DNA of 37,345 nucleotides from Conidiobolus incongruus B7586 (Eukaryota): NCBI GenBank assembly GCA_000697335.1, contig JNEM01008000.1, positions 1 to 37,345 of the forward strand, read 5' to 3'. Shown piece by piece: positions 1 to 10,832 of this stretch (position 1 is its first letter; each line of letters starts with the position of its first letter). The notes under the pieces were generated by a model. It saw only the letters and a program-made list of their open reading frames with translations, ran no database searches and was not told where the DNA came from. The position numbers and the translations under genes were made by a program.

Positions 1-383
1 ATATTATAATAATATATACTATTTAATTATATAACATATGGTTGTAATCATTACAAAATATTTTAATTAATAAACTTTTATTTTATATAATAATAACCTT
101 ATATATATATATAACAAAATTATCAAAGTTTACCTATTAAAAACTTTCATTTATAAACTTATCATCAATGTTCACCAAAATTAAATTATTATAATTATCA
201 TTGTTTTCGCAAGTTAAATATTTTGACTTAAGAGATATTTAAACCTTTTTCAAAAAAGTTAATGGTATAATTTTGAAATCATACTATAACTTTGTAAAAG
301 AGTAACAAATATTAATTTGGAATAATTTGAATTAAAAATTTATAAGATATTGATCATTATAATGATATTCATTTTACTCTAAC

Positions 384-401
384 TATATATATATATATAT
401 A
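384..401. repeat. (TA)9 microsatellite
   Basis: Perfect TA dinucleotide run read directly. Confidence 0.8.
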
Positions 402-3270
402 TTAAACTCAAATATAAACTTAGACTTACAAAACTTATAAGACATTTTATTATTAAAACAATATTATTTTCAAAAAGAGAAAATTATATTACCATAAATT
501 TTAAAATTATATTTTTACTTTTTTTAAATATATTTGTTTATTATTTAAAGTATATATATTAATTTATTAAAGCTATTATAATCGGTTTTATTTCTTTATG
601 ATCCTAATATTTTCCATCATTATTAATAAGTATGACTAAAGATCTTTATTTTAATATATTATTTTCTTATATTAAGTATTTTCACTAGTATATAATAACT
701 GAAAATAAATATTCTATTTGAATATTTGATTGCTAAATTTCAATATTATCAGCAACGGTAAACAATGATTAAGAGAATATTATAAAATATTAATATTAAT
801 GGTTTTAGAGTTTGAAATTAAAGTAAATAAATTTACTGATATAAATTTTATATTATCAAATTAATAAATTTGATTCAATTTCCCAGAATTACATTAGTAT
901 ATTATATTGTAGCAATTAAACTTTTAGATCATTATTCAACTAATATTCAAGGAAGAATTATGTGATTTTTTATTTCATATCGTCCATTATAATTTTCACT
1001 TAAAATATAAGTGTTTCATAGGTTATATTCATGGTCAAACTATTAGCCCAAACTACCAATTTTATATCATTAATTTATACGATACTAATATCATAACGAT
1101 CATTTCAGCGATATCTCTATATTGCCCATTAATGTTTATAAAATGACATTATTAAAATCACGCTAAATGTGAAAAAATTAACCATGCCTCTATATTAAAC
1201 AAATATCAAAAGCTTTTGAAAATTGTTAGTGATCATAAAGCCTTACACATCATCTCTAAACCTTAATATTATATTTGACAATTGCTAAAAACTATTTTTT
1301 ATTATTGTATCATTATACAAATCTTTTAATGTTTTAATTTGAGTGAAATATCTACTAAATTTTGAAATTATTATTGTATAATATTCTTAACCAAATATAG
1401 GTCTGTAATTTTATTAATATGTTTCTATAGGAATATTCTATGAATGTAATTAAATAAGAGTCAATAACAATTATTATATAAATAAATGAATAAGAAATTC
1501 TTTAGCTATTGTTGACACATCACTGAGGTATATAAAAATTAATAAATTATAAATTTCAAATATAATGAAATCATTTTTAATAATTTTGTACCACTAAAAC
1601 TTCAAGTTAATTTTAATTACATCAATCAGTAATATTATTGAAGAGATAAGTATTTTATTTGCAAGAGAATAATGGCAATAATAGGAATATTTAAAATATC
1701 TTTAAGTATCTATAACCTTTGAAATAATATTACCCAAGTAATTGACAAATATAAATTTTAAATATCATCTATGTTAAATTGAAACAATTTATTAATTGAT
1801 ATTACTATGTTATAAAAATTCAACATTCTTGTTGACTAATATTTAGATATTAAATTTATCAGATTTAAATATTTAATATGATATCATTATCTATGGTACC
1901 ATTTTTAAAATAACGGAAGAATATATAGCATTCGAATTTAACGATATTACATATCATTCAATGTCCAAAAGTATATTCAATAATAAAAATGATATTAATG
2001 CTACTCGTTATTTGAAAAAATTCAAGAATTGGAAATACAATTAATATAAATATCAAAGGTTAATGAAAATGATAAGGTGAAATATGTTTTGATTTCAAAA
2101 TATCAATTTATTAATACAAGAAACATTATTAACATAGATTAATCTATGAGGAATAATATTATTAACCTTAAATGTTTACTCATAAATTACATTGAATATA
2201 TTAAAGTACCTGAAAAGCTATAAAATTCACAAACTAAAAATTTTATTATGATCTTAAATAATTATAGTTCAACCGCAGATGAAATTGAAAATAATTTGCA
2301 CAAAATTTAAATCATTTACAAATTTTTGAATACCTTATTTATTACTAATCATCAGTATTTAATTTTTTAATATTTACAATATCAATTTTTAATTCAATCA
2401 AAATATATTAAATATTTATGAATAACTTTGTATAATTTCATTACTGTTAAATTTACAATATACAAGAAATTCAATACACGATTATTTATTATCTCATTCA
2501 TTATGCGAATTGTAATTTTTTTATATAATTAAAATAGGAATTATCAAATGAACACAATTTGTAAGTACTTTGTCAAAATTTTGCATTTTTTAAAACGTGA
2601 ATAATATACTATAATATTAAAAAAATATTTCAATTCAATATTCAATTAATAAATCTTCACACATCTTATAAGCACTTGTAATTCAGTAAAAGTTAAACCA
2701 TTTTTGAAAAAATTGGCTTATTTTTGTAAAGTATGCCCATTAAATTTTGAACAGAGCACATTACAAATAAATAAATATATAACATTAGTAATTTTTCAAA
2801 TTATGGAAATTTAAAAAAAATATTGAATCATTCTTGAGAGTATATTAGCTTTAATAAGTGTTCAGAAGTTAGAATGAAAATTCTATATACCAAAAAAAAT
2901 CTCTCTATTTGGTAACTGCAACAAAGAAAAAAGATTTAAAAATATTTAAAAAAAACAAAAGATTGAAATCTAAAAACAAGCTAATTTTTTACTTAAAGTC
3001 CGATACTTTGATACTAATTTGCACGATATAGAGTTACTGCAATAATGAATTTGTTAAATTTAAAAATAACTGAGAATTTAACATTAAATTAAAGATGATC
3101 AAATTAAGTCTTAAAAAATTAATAAAATCTTGGGAATGTTTTAGGTAGAATTTTGCATGGCCTATTAATTTAAGATAATTAAATTTTTTGAGTTAATATA
3201 AAACTAGTGATAGTGTAAATGAATCATAGGTTGATCAAATTTTTTCAAGTATTTCAATATTTTATAAATT

Positions 3271-3606
3271 ATGAGATTGAATATAATATATTTAATTCAT
3301 ATGATAAAATCACAAAGTTATATTATAAATGGGTCTAATGTGGACGAGTTTAATAATTTGAGCTCGTATTTAAACCATTTAAATTATATGAGTATTGATG
3401 TGAATCAAGTGCTGAATAATGGTACTTTGAAGGATCAGGACTATATTCAATGGTTACAGCTTCAGGAACTTGCGAAGAAGCAACATTTTCAACCGGGGTT
3501 GGGCCTTCTCAGTTCATTACCAGTGGTTGGTAAAATTACGAAGCCGTTGGGTTCGGTTTTGTCTGGATTACCGATTGTTGGAGGGTTACTCCAACAGCTG
3601 CTATAG
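3271..3606 (+). CDS. Hypothetical 111-aa small protein, possibly a secreted precursor, with a C-terminal duplicated amphipathic LP(V/I)VG motif
   Basis: Intronless ATG-TAG ORF. GC content is clearly above the flanks, especially in the last ~150 nt. It carries an internal repeat GLLSSLPVVGKI / SVLSGLPIVGGL and a weakly hydrophobic N-terminus. No family recognised. Confidence 0.65.
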   Translation: MRLNIIYLIHMIKSQSYIINGSNVDEFNNLSSYLNHLNYMSIDVNQVLNNGTLKDQDYIQWLQLQELAKKQHFQPGLGLLSSLPVVGKITKPLGSVLSGLPIVGGLLQQLL

Positions 3607-4011
3607 TTTAAATTGAATGGGCTAATTAATATTTAATATTGTTAGTGCATTTATATTTAACGTGGCTAAAGAGCAATATTTTTGAAAATAAAAATAATAG
3701 ATATAATATTATCACATCTTACTAAATCTATAAATCCAAGTATCACCAAAATAGCCTATCAGTTTTTAAAAGGATCAATCAATTATTATATATGATAACA
3801 GTTAATATCTAGTCAAATTTCAATATTTTTGATAATAGAGCTGAATTAAACCTTTAATATTTATTCAAAATATTTGGAACAAAAATATTGTATAATATAT
3901 TATTAATTAATCCAATACAAAAATATATTCGCAAATATGAGCTAATATATTACTTGTTTCATACTCTATCATTCTATAAACATTTTATTATATTTTTTAT
4001 AAAATCAAAAT

Positions 4012-4014
<3 letters not shown>

Positions 4015-4042
<28 letters not shown>
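4015..4042. repeat. (TA)14 microsatellite
   Basis: Perfect TA dinucleotide run read directly. Confidence 0.9.
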
Positions 4043-4045
<3 letters not shown>

Positions 4046-4730
4046 TTGATATTATCATTGACTTCTTACTTAATTTTCATTATATTAAAACAACTTTATT
4101 GTACTCGAATCATTGATTCTTTTTCTAAATATTGCTACTCTGATATTTACCTTTATCATCATTCTACCGGAGATTGGATTGAATCAAATATTATATGTAT
4201 GAATATTGGGAAATTATTTTGAGTGGTATTATTAATTTTACTATAGATTGTATTAATACTACTAACACAAGATCCTAATCTCTCCATTTTATGTTTAAAT
4301 ATTAATATATTAATAATTATAAATTTAATAGGTTTAATACATTTATTAGACTTCAATATTAAATTAATTTTACAAATATATTATCCTTAATTTTAATTCA
4401 TTGAAATGCAAATATTAAAATTTTCAATTGAAAAACATATAAATAATGTTTATTGGATTGAGAATGTAGAGAAATAAGTAAAAATTCAATTAATACAAAT
4501 TTACATATTGAAATTTATATTCAATTCAAATATTAATATCTTTATATATAATATTAACTTAGAAAATACTCAAAAAAAGTATTTTTATTCTGTCAATTTA
4601 TTTTTAAAATTATCATATTTGATTTATTTATATAGAAAAAATTTGAGAAAAAATAAATTAAACTAGATTGTCCTGATTATTATAACTTTCATCAACTGAA
4701 ATAAAATTAACAATTGATGACTATACATAA

Positions 4731-5547
4731 TTAACCCCTTCTAACATATTTCATGTATTGTTCTTTAGATCTTGCTTCAACTACATCAGCGTGAAAATCT
4801 CCCAACTGTCCAATTTGTCTCCCTTATACCAATAATTAATAAAAAAAATAATAAATGATGAAATTAAAAATACCTGGATTTCCAGCGTAAATAGTGTAAG
4901 GAGCTACTACCGTATTGGGAGGGATTACTGTATTATCTTCAATGACGCAACAATCTTTTAGAAATGAAAATCTTCCCTAAACCAATATTAATTCGAAGAT
5001 CGTCAATGTACTGGTGTAATTACTTACAATAACACAATTCTTTCCAATCGTTACGAAACTACCTATCATAGCAGCGGAAATAACGGAGCCTTCGCCAATG
5101 GTCACAAAATCTCCAATTTTAATTTGATAATAGGAGAATATTCTACATATTAGTCAATAATAAATATTATGATATAAGGTAAAAATTACCCTTTATAAAA
5201 CTTGTAAGGAGGTCTCAAAATAATATTCTTATTAAGATAGCAATATCTTCCTAATATAATACTGAGTTTATCTTGACCTTTCTTTTTCAAATCACCCCTT
5301 ATAATGCAACCTCCTTCTATGATGTCCTGAATGATATTAATTCTATTGAACAGCGCATAATTTTAAAGATTAGATTACTTTGCCTCCCAGCATAATATTT
5401 TCAGCTCCGTAAATGTGGCTAGAGTTGTGAACTCGTATTCCTGTAGGCTAAAAAAATATTAATAAGAAATTATCTACTGAATAATAAAGTGATTATTACA
5501 GTTTCTACAACGTCTTCCTTATTATAATAAACTATAGGTAATTCCAT
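4731..5547 (-). CDS. DCTN5: Dynactin subunit 5 (p25), left-handed beta-helix; 6 exons; absent from the ORF track
   Basis: Manual splicing of 5 short introns gives [52 protein letters not shown]...ILRPPYK...[65 protein letters not shown]..., collinear with the known DCTN5 sequence. Confidence 0.95.
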
Positions 5548-5688
5548 TATTTATATATATTTGTTGTATTAATTATATTAAAGTATTAAAATGAAAGCTT
5601 AATTTTAAAATCACTTAGATTAATTAATTAAATGAATAGTAGTCCTTAAAAACTAATTATTTAATTATAATAATATTGAAAGTAAGAA

Positions 5689-5697
5689 TTATGGGAA
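5689..5697 (-). promoter_or_regulatory. Recurrent upstream motif TTCCCATAA (~140 bp upstream of DCTN5)
   Basis: Same motif and same orientation relative to the gene are seen upstream of most genes in the window. Confidence 0.55.
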
Positions 5698-5821
5698 TTT
5701 ATATTTGAGAAAGAAAAAAATAGTAATTATTTAATTTTTATATAATTTCAAATATAACAAAGATAAAAATATTTTAAAAAATTATTTGAAAAAATTGATA
5801 AAAAAATTCATTTTAGATTGA

Positions 5822-5904
5822 TGACAACGATGAGATTCGAACTCATGCCTCTTACGAGACCGCAACTTGAGTGCGGCGCCTTAGACCAACTCGGCCACAT
5901 TGCC
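5822..5904 (-). tRNA. tRNA-Leu(CAA), long variable arm, no intron
   Basis: Reverse complement GGCAATGTGGCCGAGTTGGTCTAAGGCGCCGCACTCAAGTTGCGGTCTCGTAAGAGGCATGAGTTCGAATCTCATCGTTGTCA. Cloverleaf with anticodon arm CCGCA-CTCAAGT-TGCGG and TTCGAAT loop. Confidence 0.96.
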
Positions 5905-6580
5905 ATATATCAAATCATTATAAATGATACATAATCATTAAATAATTATCTCCCTTTAACCATTTTATTTATTTATATTCTTTATATATAATTTCTCATA
6001 AGTTTTTAATTTTTTTTCATTAACGCTTTATTTTTCTTTTAAACCTTTTTTCTATATTTTATAATATTCTTATTTTTTAATTTTTCATATCAATTTAATA
6101 AACTTATTGTTCTTATATTTTGTCCAATATAAATTATTACTTACTATAGTTATTTTTATATAATTATATATATATATATATTAAACAATGATATGTAATC
6201 ATATTTTAGTATTAAATTTATGATCGCATATTATATATGATTAGAATTCACTTGATAAATTCATTAAGATTAAATGCTATTGATTATTAACTTTAATAAA
6301 TCAGAATAAGATTTTTATATTTGTATTAAACATTATATAACTAATCAATAGGTAGACGATTAAATAATTATATGATAATTACAATTGAATTGATTTTTGA
6401 ACCCCAATAAATTAACTTATTCAATTAAACAAAGAGATGAATTTGAGGACAATATCCAATGAAAAATTAATTCTATCACTATATCAATCAAAATAAAATA
6501 AATAACCAAATGAATTCAACCTATTATAACGCAATAAAATAGATTTCTATATATTAATTGTATATTTAAATAAAAACTTT

Positions 6581-7580
6581 TTAATCTTCTTCTTCAACAA
6601 CGAAACGGGGGACCAAATCCTGTAAAAGGATAGCTGGAGTTTGAGTAGCTTTGAGGTAGGCCTTTTGGACGAATTGCTCCTTCGTAGAAGGTTGTCCAAT
6701 TTCGTGAATGGTTTTGACAATAGCTAAGGCATTATCAACAAGCTCTTGCTCGGTGAATGTGACCTTGCCGATGGGGCATTTGACAACGCCAAAAGCATCT
6801 GATTTGAAATCGAATTGAGCGTTTGTATCGGCGATGGCCTTAGCAACATCGTCTGTGACATTGCCCTTCTTGACAGTAGGCATAAGACCCATGGGACCTA
6901 AAATACGGGCAATTTTGGCTACGTGTTTCAACATGGCGGTGGTCGTAATGACACGGTCAAATTCCATGGATACACCATCTTGAATCTAATAAAGAAAATA
7001 TGATTAGTAAAAAATGCTTATTAGAAAATATATTAACACTTCAAAGTTACCTGAAGAACCAATTCGGGACCACCGACAATATGAGCGCCAGCAGCTTTAG
7101 CAGCTTCAGCTTGTTTACCCTAAATCATTATATTAAGAATAATTCTAGATAATTCAATAATAAAAATTTACTTCAGCAAACACCAACAATTTAGTCTCCT
7201 GAGCGATAGGTTTAGGTAATAAAGTAGAACCAATCAAAATACGGTTGAAATTTTGTCTATTGAATTGCACAATTAATTCTACTCCTGACCATTCTTTACC
7301 AACTGTAACAGCCTATAAAAATATTTAATATCAAAGAATAACTTAATTGATTTAATAATTACTTTCAACATTCTAGCGGCAGTTTCAATATCAATAGCAA
7401 ATTGAGCTTCCTTATTAACGAAAGGCTTAGGTCCCGATTTTTTGGTCGATGCCGATCTAACTAAAGTATACTAAATACACCTATTAGCATATATCCTAAT
7501 CTTAATGATTGTTGGATTACATTAAAAGTTCTCCTTGTAGAAGCAGTTAAAGAGTTGATGAGGTTAATTTTTAAAAACAT
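6581..7580 (-). CDS. MRPL1: Mitochondrial ribosomal protein uL1m; 5 exons
   Basis: Spliced product has a basic/hydroxylated presequence (MFLKINLINSLTASTRRTF...) and the L1 motifs LLPKP...LLVFAEGKQAEAAKAAGAHIVGGPEL and FDRVITT...ARILGPMGLMPTVKKGNV. Confidence 0.93.
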
Positions 7581-7739
7581 TTTAAGTTATTATTATTTAA
7601 ATTATATTTAGTATAGGTTAAAATATATGATCAATGTATTTATAATTAATTGTTTTTTAGTTATTATTTTGATTTCATTGATTATTTTTTATAATATAGG
7701 GGAAATAACTATTTAAATGAAATTAATTAAAAAATGGAG

Positions 7740-7748
7740 TTATGGGAT
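7740..7748 (-). promoter_or_regulatory. Recurrent upstream motif ATCCCATAA (~160 bp upstream of MRPL1)
   Basis: Plus strand reads TTATGGGAT; orientation matches the other instances. Confidence 0.55.
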
Positions 7749-7944
7749 TGGGAATTTCTGTATTGAACTTTGTTATAAATATAATTTCATTTATTTTTTT
7801 TTGAGTATAATTTAAAATCAAATGCTTAATAAAAATTATTTAAATTTCAAGTTAAATGGATTTGATTTGTTATTTAATAATTTTGAACTTTTTTAAATAT
7901 AAATCTGATAAAATCTATCAGAATATAATCTCTGAATACTTAAA

Positions 7945-7971
7945 ATCCCATGAAAATTCACAATCTCATAA
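7945..7971 (+). promoter_or_regulatory. Two variant motifs (ATCCCATGA, ATCTCATAA) ~85-100 bp upstream of the WD40 gene
   Basis: One-mismatch variants of TCCCAYAA in sense orientation. Confidence 0.45.
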
Positions 7972-8053
7972 ATTCAAATAAATTCTACATTTATTGGACT
8001 AGTTTCAAAATTACAAAAATTCAATATTACAAATTAACAATCAAAAATTATTA

Positions 8054-9835
8054 ATGAATACTGATACCTACCTCAAATCCATGGGGGTAAACCCCAGTAA
8101 TTCGGATAGTGAATGCATTGAGCGCTTTTTAAAAGAGAATAAGTTATTAAAGGACAAAGTGAACCAACTTGAACAGGAGAATATTAAGTTGAAAAAGAGT
8201 TTATTCGAGTTAGCTATCCAAAGAAACTCCAATAATACTAATACTATCACAGGGACTGGGTTAAGTGCTAGTAATTTACAATTTGGTTCTAATTTGAGTT
8301 TAGACCAATTTTTTCAAGGTAAATACCATATTCAATAGCTGAAATTCGTTTATTAATTGCTATTTAGCTTCTCAGTCTTTCAACCCAATCAATAATTTGA
8401 ATACTACAGCTCATAATAATATTACCAGTTCCAATAATTTAGATTTTAAAAATTTTAATTTTAAAACTAATAATCAAACTTTGAATAAAAAATTTAAATT
8501 GAAACAAAATTTGAAAGTAATTTAAATCAATAATACATTGAAAATTATTACTAATAATTTATTAAGGCTCATACAGGTGCTATCTACAGTGTGAACTACT
8601 CCATTCAAAATAATTTAATAGCGACTGGAGGTCTTGACAAAGCCGTTAAAGTGTGGACATTAAGTGAAGATTTAAATCAATATGAATCACTCTTCAACCT
8701 AAAGGAGCAAAACTCGTCAATATCGCATTTGCACTTCAGCAAACATCATAATTATTTATGCAGTACTAGTTTAGATTATTTGGTAAATTTTTACGATTTG
8801 GAATTGGGACAATTGGTATCGCAGTCCAAGTTAACTAATTGTGGACTTCCACTGTTTAGTACTTTTCATTCGGAAGATGGTAACCGATGCTTTGTGAGCA
8901 CTAGCAGGGGTGAAATTATTGAGAAGGATTTGAGAACTTCAACTCTCATCCCAAGGTTCAAAAGAGGTCCCTTTAAAATTAACAGTTTGATTACAAGACC
9001 AGGATTTGAAGGTCTGCTGTTTGGGAATGAATTGGGTAATTTGGAAATATTGGATTTTAGAATGAGTAAGTGACATTGATTACGTTAGAATATATGTATA
9101 TTAATTAATATATAGACAAATCTATCGAGTTAAATTTGAACTGTGATATATCATCACCCAATGGGCCTCAATCTACTCTTAATGGAATGAACCACTATGG
9201 CAATTTACCTGACAACCCTTTAGTCACACATATGGCATCACCTGTCAATGGTAACTCAGCTCAAATCACACAACCAACTCCAAACTTATTTAATTTTTAG
9301 CGCCAGAAAGTTCCCTGATCGCGATGAATTTCACCAATCACACCAATGTGATTTATGATATAAATTACTGTGGTGATTACGAATCCTTGAATATGAATGA
9401 TTGGAATTTAAATATTGTGCAATCGTATTCTGGCTATGAAAATAGTTATGCTAATATCAGATGTTCTATGCTTATTGACGATTCCGGTAATATTTGTTTT
9501 TTGCTGTATTAATATGAGTATTAATAATTTTTCTTTAGATTGTTGGTTTGTCACAGGCAGTTCCGATGGTATTATCTATCTCAACTGCAGTAAAATTGAT
9601 AAGGTAAATCCACTCAAATTCCATACAATTCAACATAACTAATTATTTATAGATGGCATCCCCTTCTTTAAACGGTCACGGCACCAACGAAATTCTCATT
9701 CAAGAGCAACTCAACCAAAATCTAACGAGAATTTACGATGTTCAATTTAGACCCAACGGCTCGTCCAATGGTCCTCAAGGTATCGAATTCGCTTCGGTAG
9801 GCTGCGATGGGCATTTGAGGATTTGGAATTTGTAA
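8054..9835 (+). CDS. WD40-repeat protein with N-terminal coiled coil; 7 exons
   Basis: Coiled coil LKENKLLKDKVNQLEQENIKLKKSLFEL. WD repeats AHTGAIYSVNYS...ATGGLDKAVKVW, STSLDYLVNFYD, VTGSSDGIIY and ASVGCDGHLRIW. Six introns (~8319-8367, 8517-8566, 9066-9115, 9252-9300, 9488-9538, 9604-9652) join the ORF fragments in frame. Confidence 0.88.
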
Positions 9836-9904
9836 AAAATTTAATAAATTATTGGATATTAATATGTAATATAATTTAATATTTAAAATTTATTCTTTTA
9901 AAAA

Positions 9905-10419
9905 TTATACAGATTTGGTAATAAAGTAATTCTCTCTCCTAATTGGCGCCCTTTCCAAAGCCCAATCCCCATCCCTGTTCACATTCGAAGCATCATCGTC
10001 AATTTTGTCTAAATCTAAAGTCTCAACAACCTCCAATCTGCTTAAAGGTTCAACATCCTTCAAATCCAATTCTTTTACATGGTTCACGAGTTTGATCAAT
10101 TCTTCACATCCCTCCAGCATTTTCTGCTGGTCTTCAGCGGATTTGGGATATTTAAGATAAGATAGCTGGTACCATTTTTGAAGTTGGTTCAAAGTGAATT
10201 TGTCTCTGGCATCTAATGATTCGTCCAATTTTAAATCTTTTATCGACCATGTTCCAACTGAAGGCTATTGAAAATAATTAGTTGATATGAATATATTTTG
10301 AAATTATTAATATAAAATATTACTAATTTATAATCCAAATTGAAAGATTTTTGGTGAAATTGTTTAATCAATTTTAAATTTATAAATTTTTTGAATTTGT
10401 AAAATTTGAGTATTATCAT
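9905..10419 (-). CDS. Mitochondrial Glu-tRNA(Gln) amidotransferase small subunit (GatC-like); 2 exons
   Basis: A Lys-rich presequence exon splices to PSVGTWSIKDL...LSYLKYP...LIKLVNHVKELDLKDVEPLSRL...LERAPIRRENYFIT, which fits the GatC pattern (D.xxVEPL; L.xAPxxxxxYF). Confidence 0.8.
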
Positions 10420-10502
10420 TTTTGTCAATTATTTATAAATTTTGTTATTATTAATGATTTCTCAGAATTATTGAAATTATAACCTGAACTGAGGTATAAA
10501 TA

Positions 10503-10511
10503 TTATGGGAT
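10503..10511 (-). promoter_or_regulatory. Recurrent upstream motif ATCCCATAA (~85 bp upstream of the GatC-like gene)
   Basis: Plus strand reads TTATGGGAT. Confidence 0.55.
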
Positions 10512-10832
10512 TGAAGTAAATTTATTGAAATTTCTTCTGATATTTTTCAAATAATAATAACTATTTAAAATTAAAAATATTGATGATGAATTGAAAACTG
10601 TGAAATCATATTATACTTTCCCTTACAAATTTTAAAATGAAATTTTAAGAAAAATTTATTAACAAAAATAATATATAATTGGAATATATATATTGATTTA
10701 AAAATATTGAAATATTTTTATGGTATAGTCATCAATTGTCGAAAGTTATAGATATGTTAGGTTGCGTTGATAATGAATTATGGGGGAGAAAAGATTGTAT
10801 TCACATTAATATTTAAATGAGGAGGATGGATT

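Noticed and set aside
1..3200. Possible decayed coding relics or transposon remnants in the left AT-rich tract (e.g. a short open stretch near 1880-2040)
   Set aside because: Only short stop-interrupted frames, with no identifiable motif or terminal repeat; cannot be supported without a homology search.
4159..4356. 65-aa minus-strand ORF
   Set aside because: Non-ATG start and Ile/Asn/Lys-rich composition expected by chance in AT-rich DNA; no motif.
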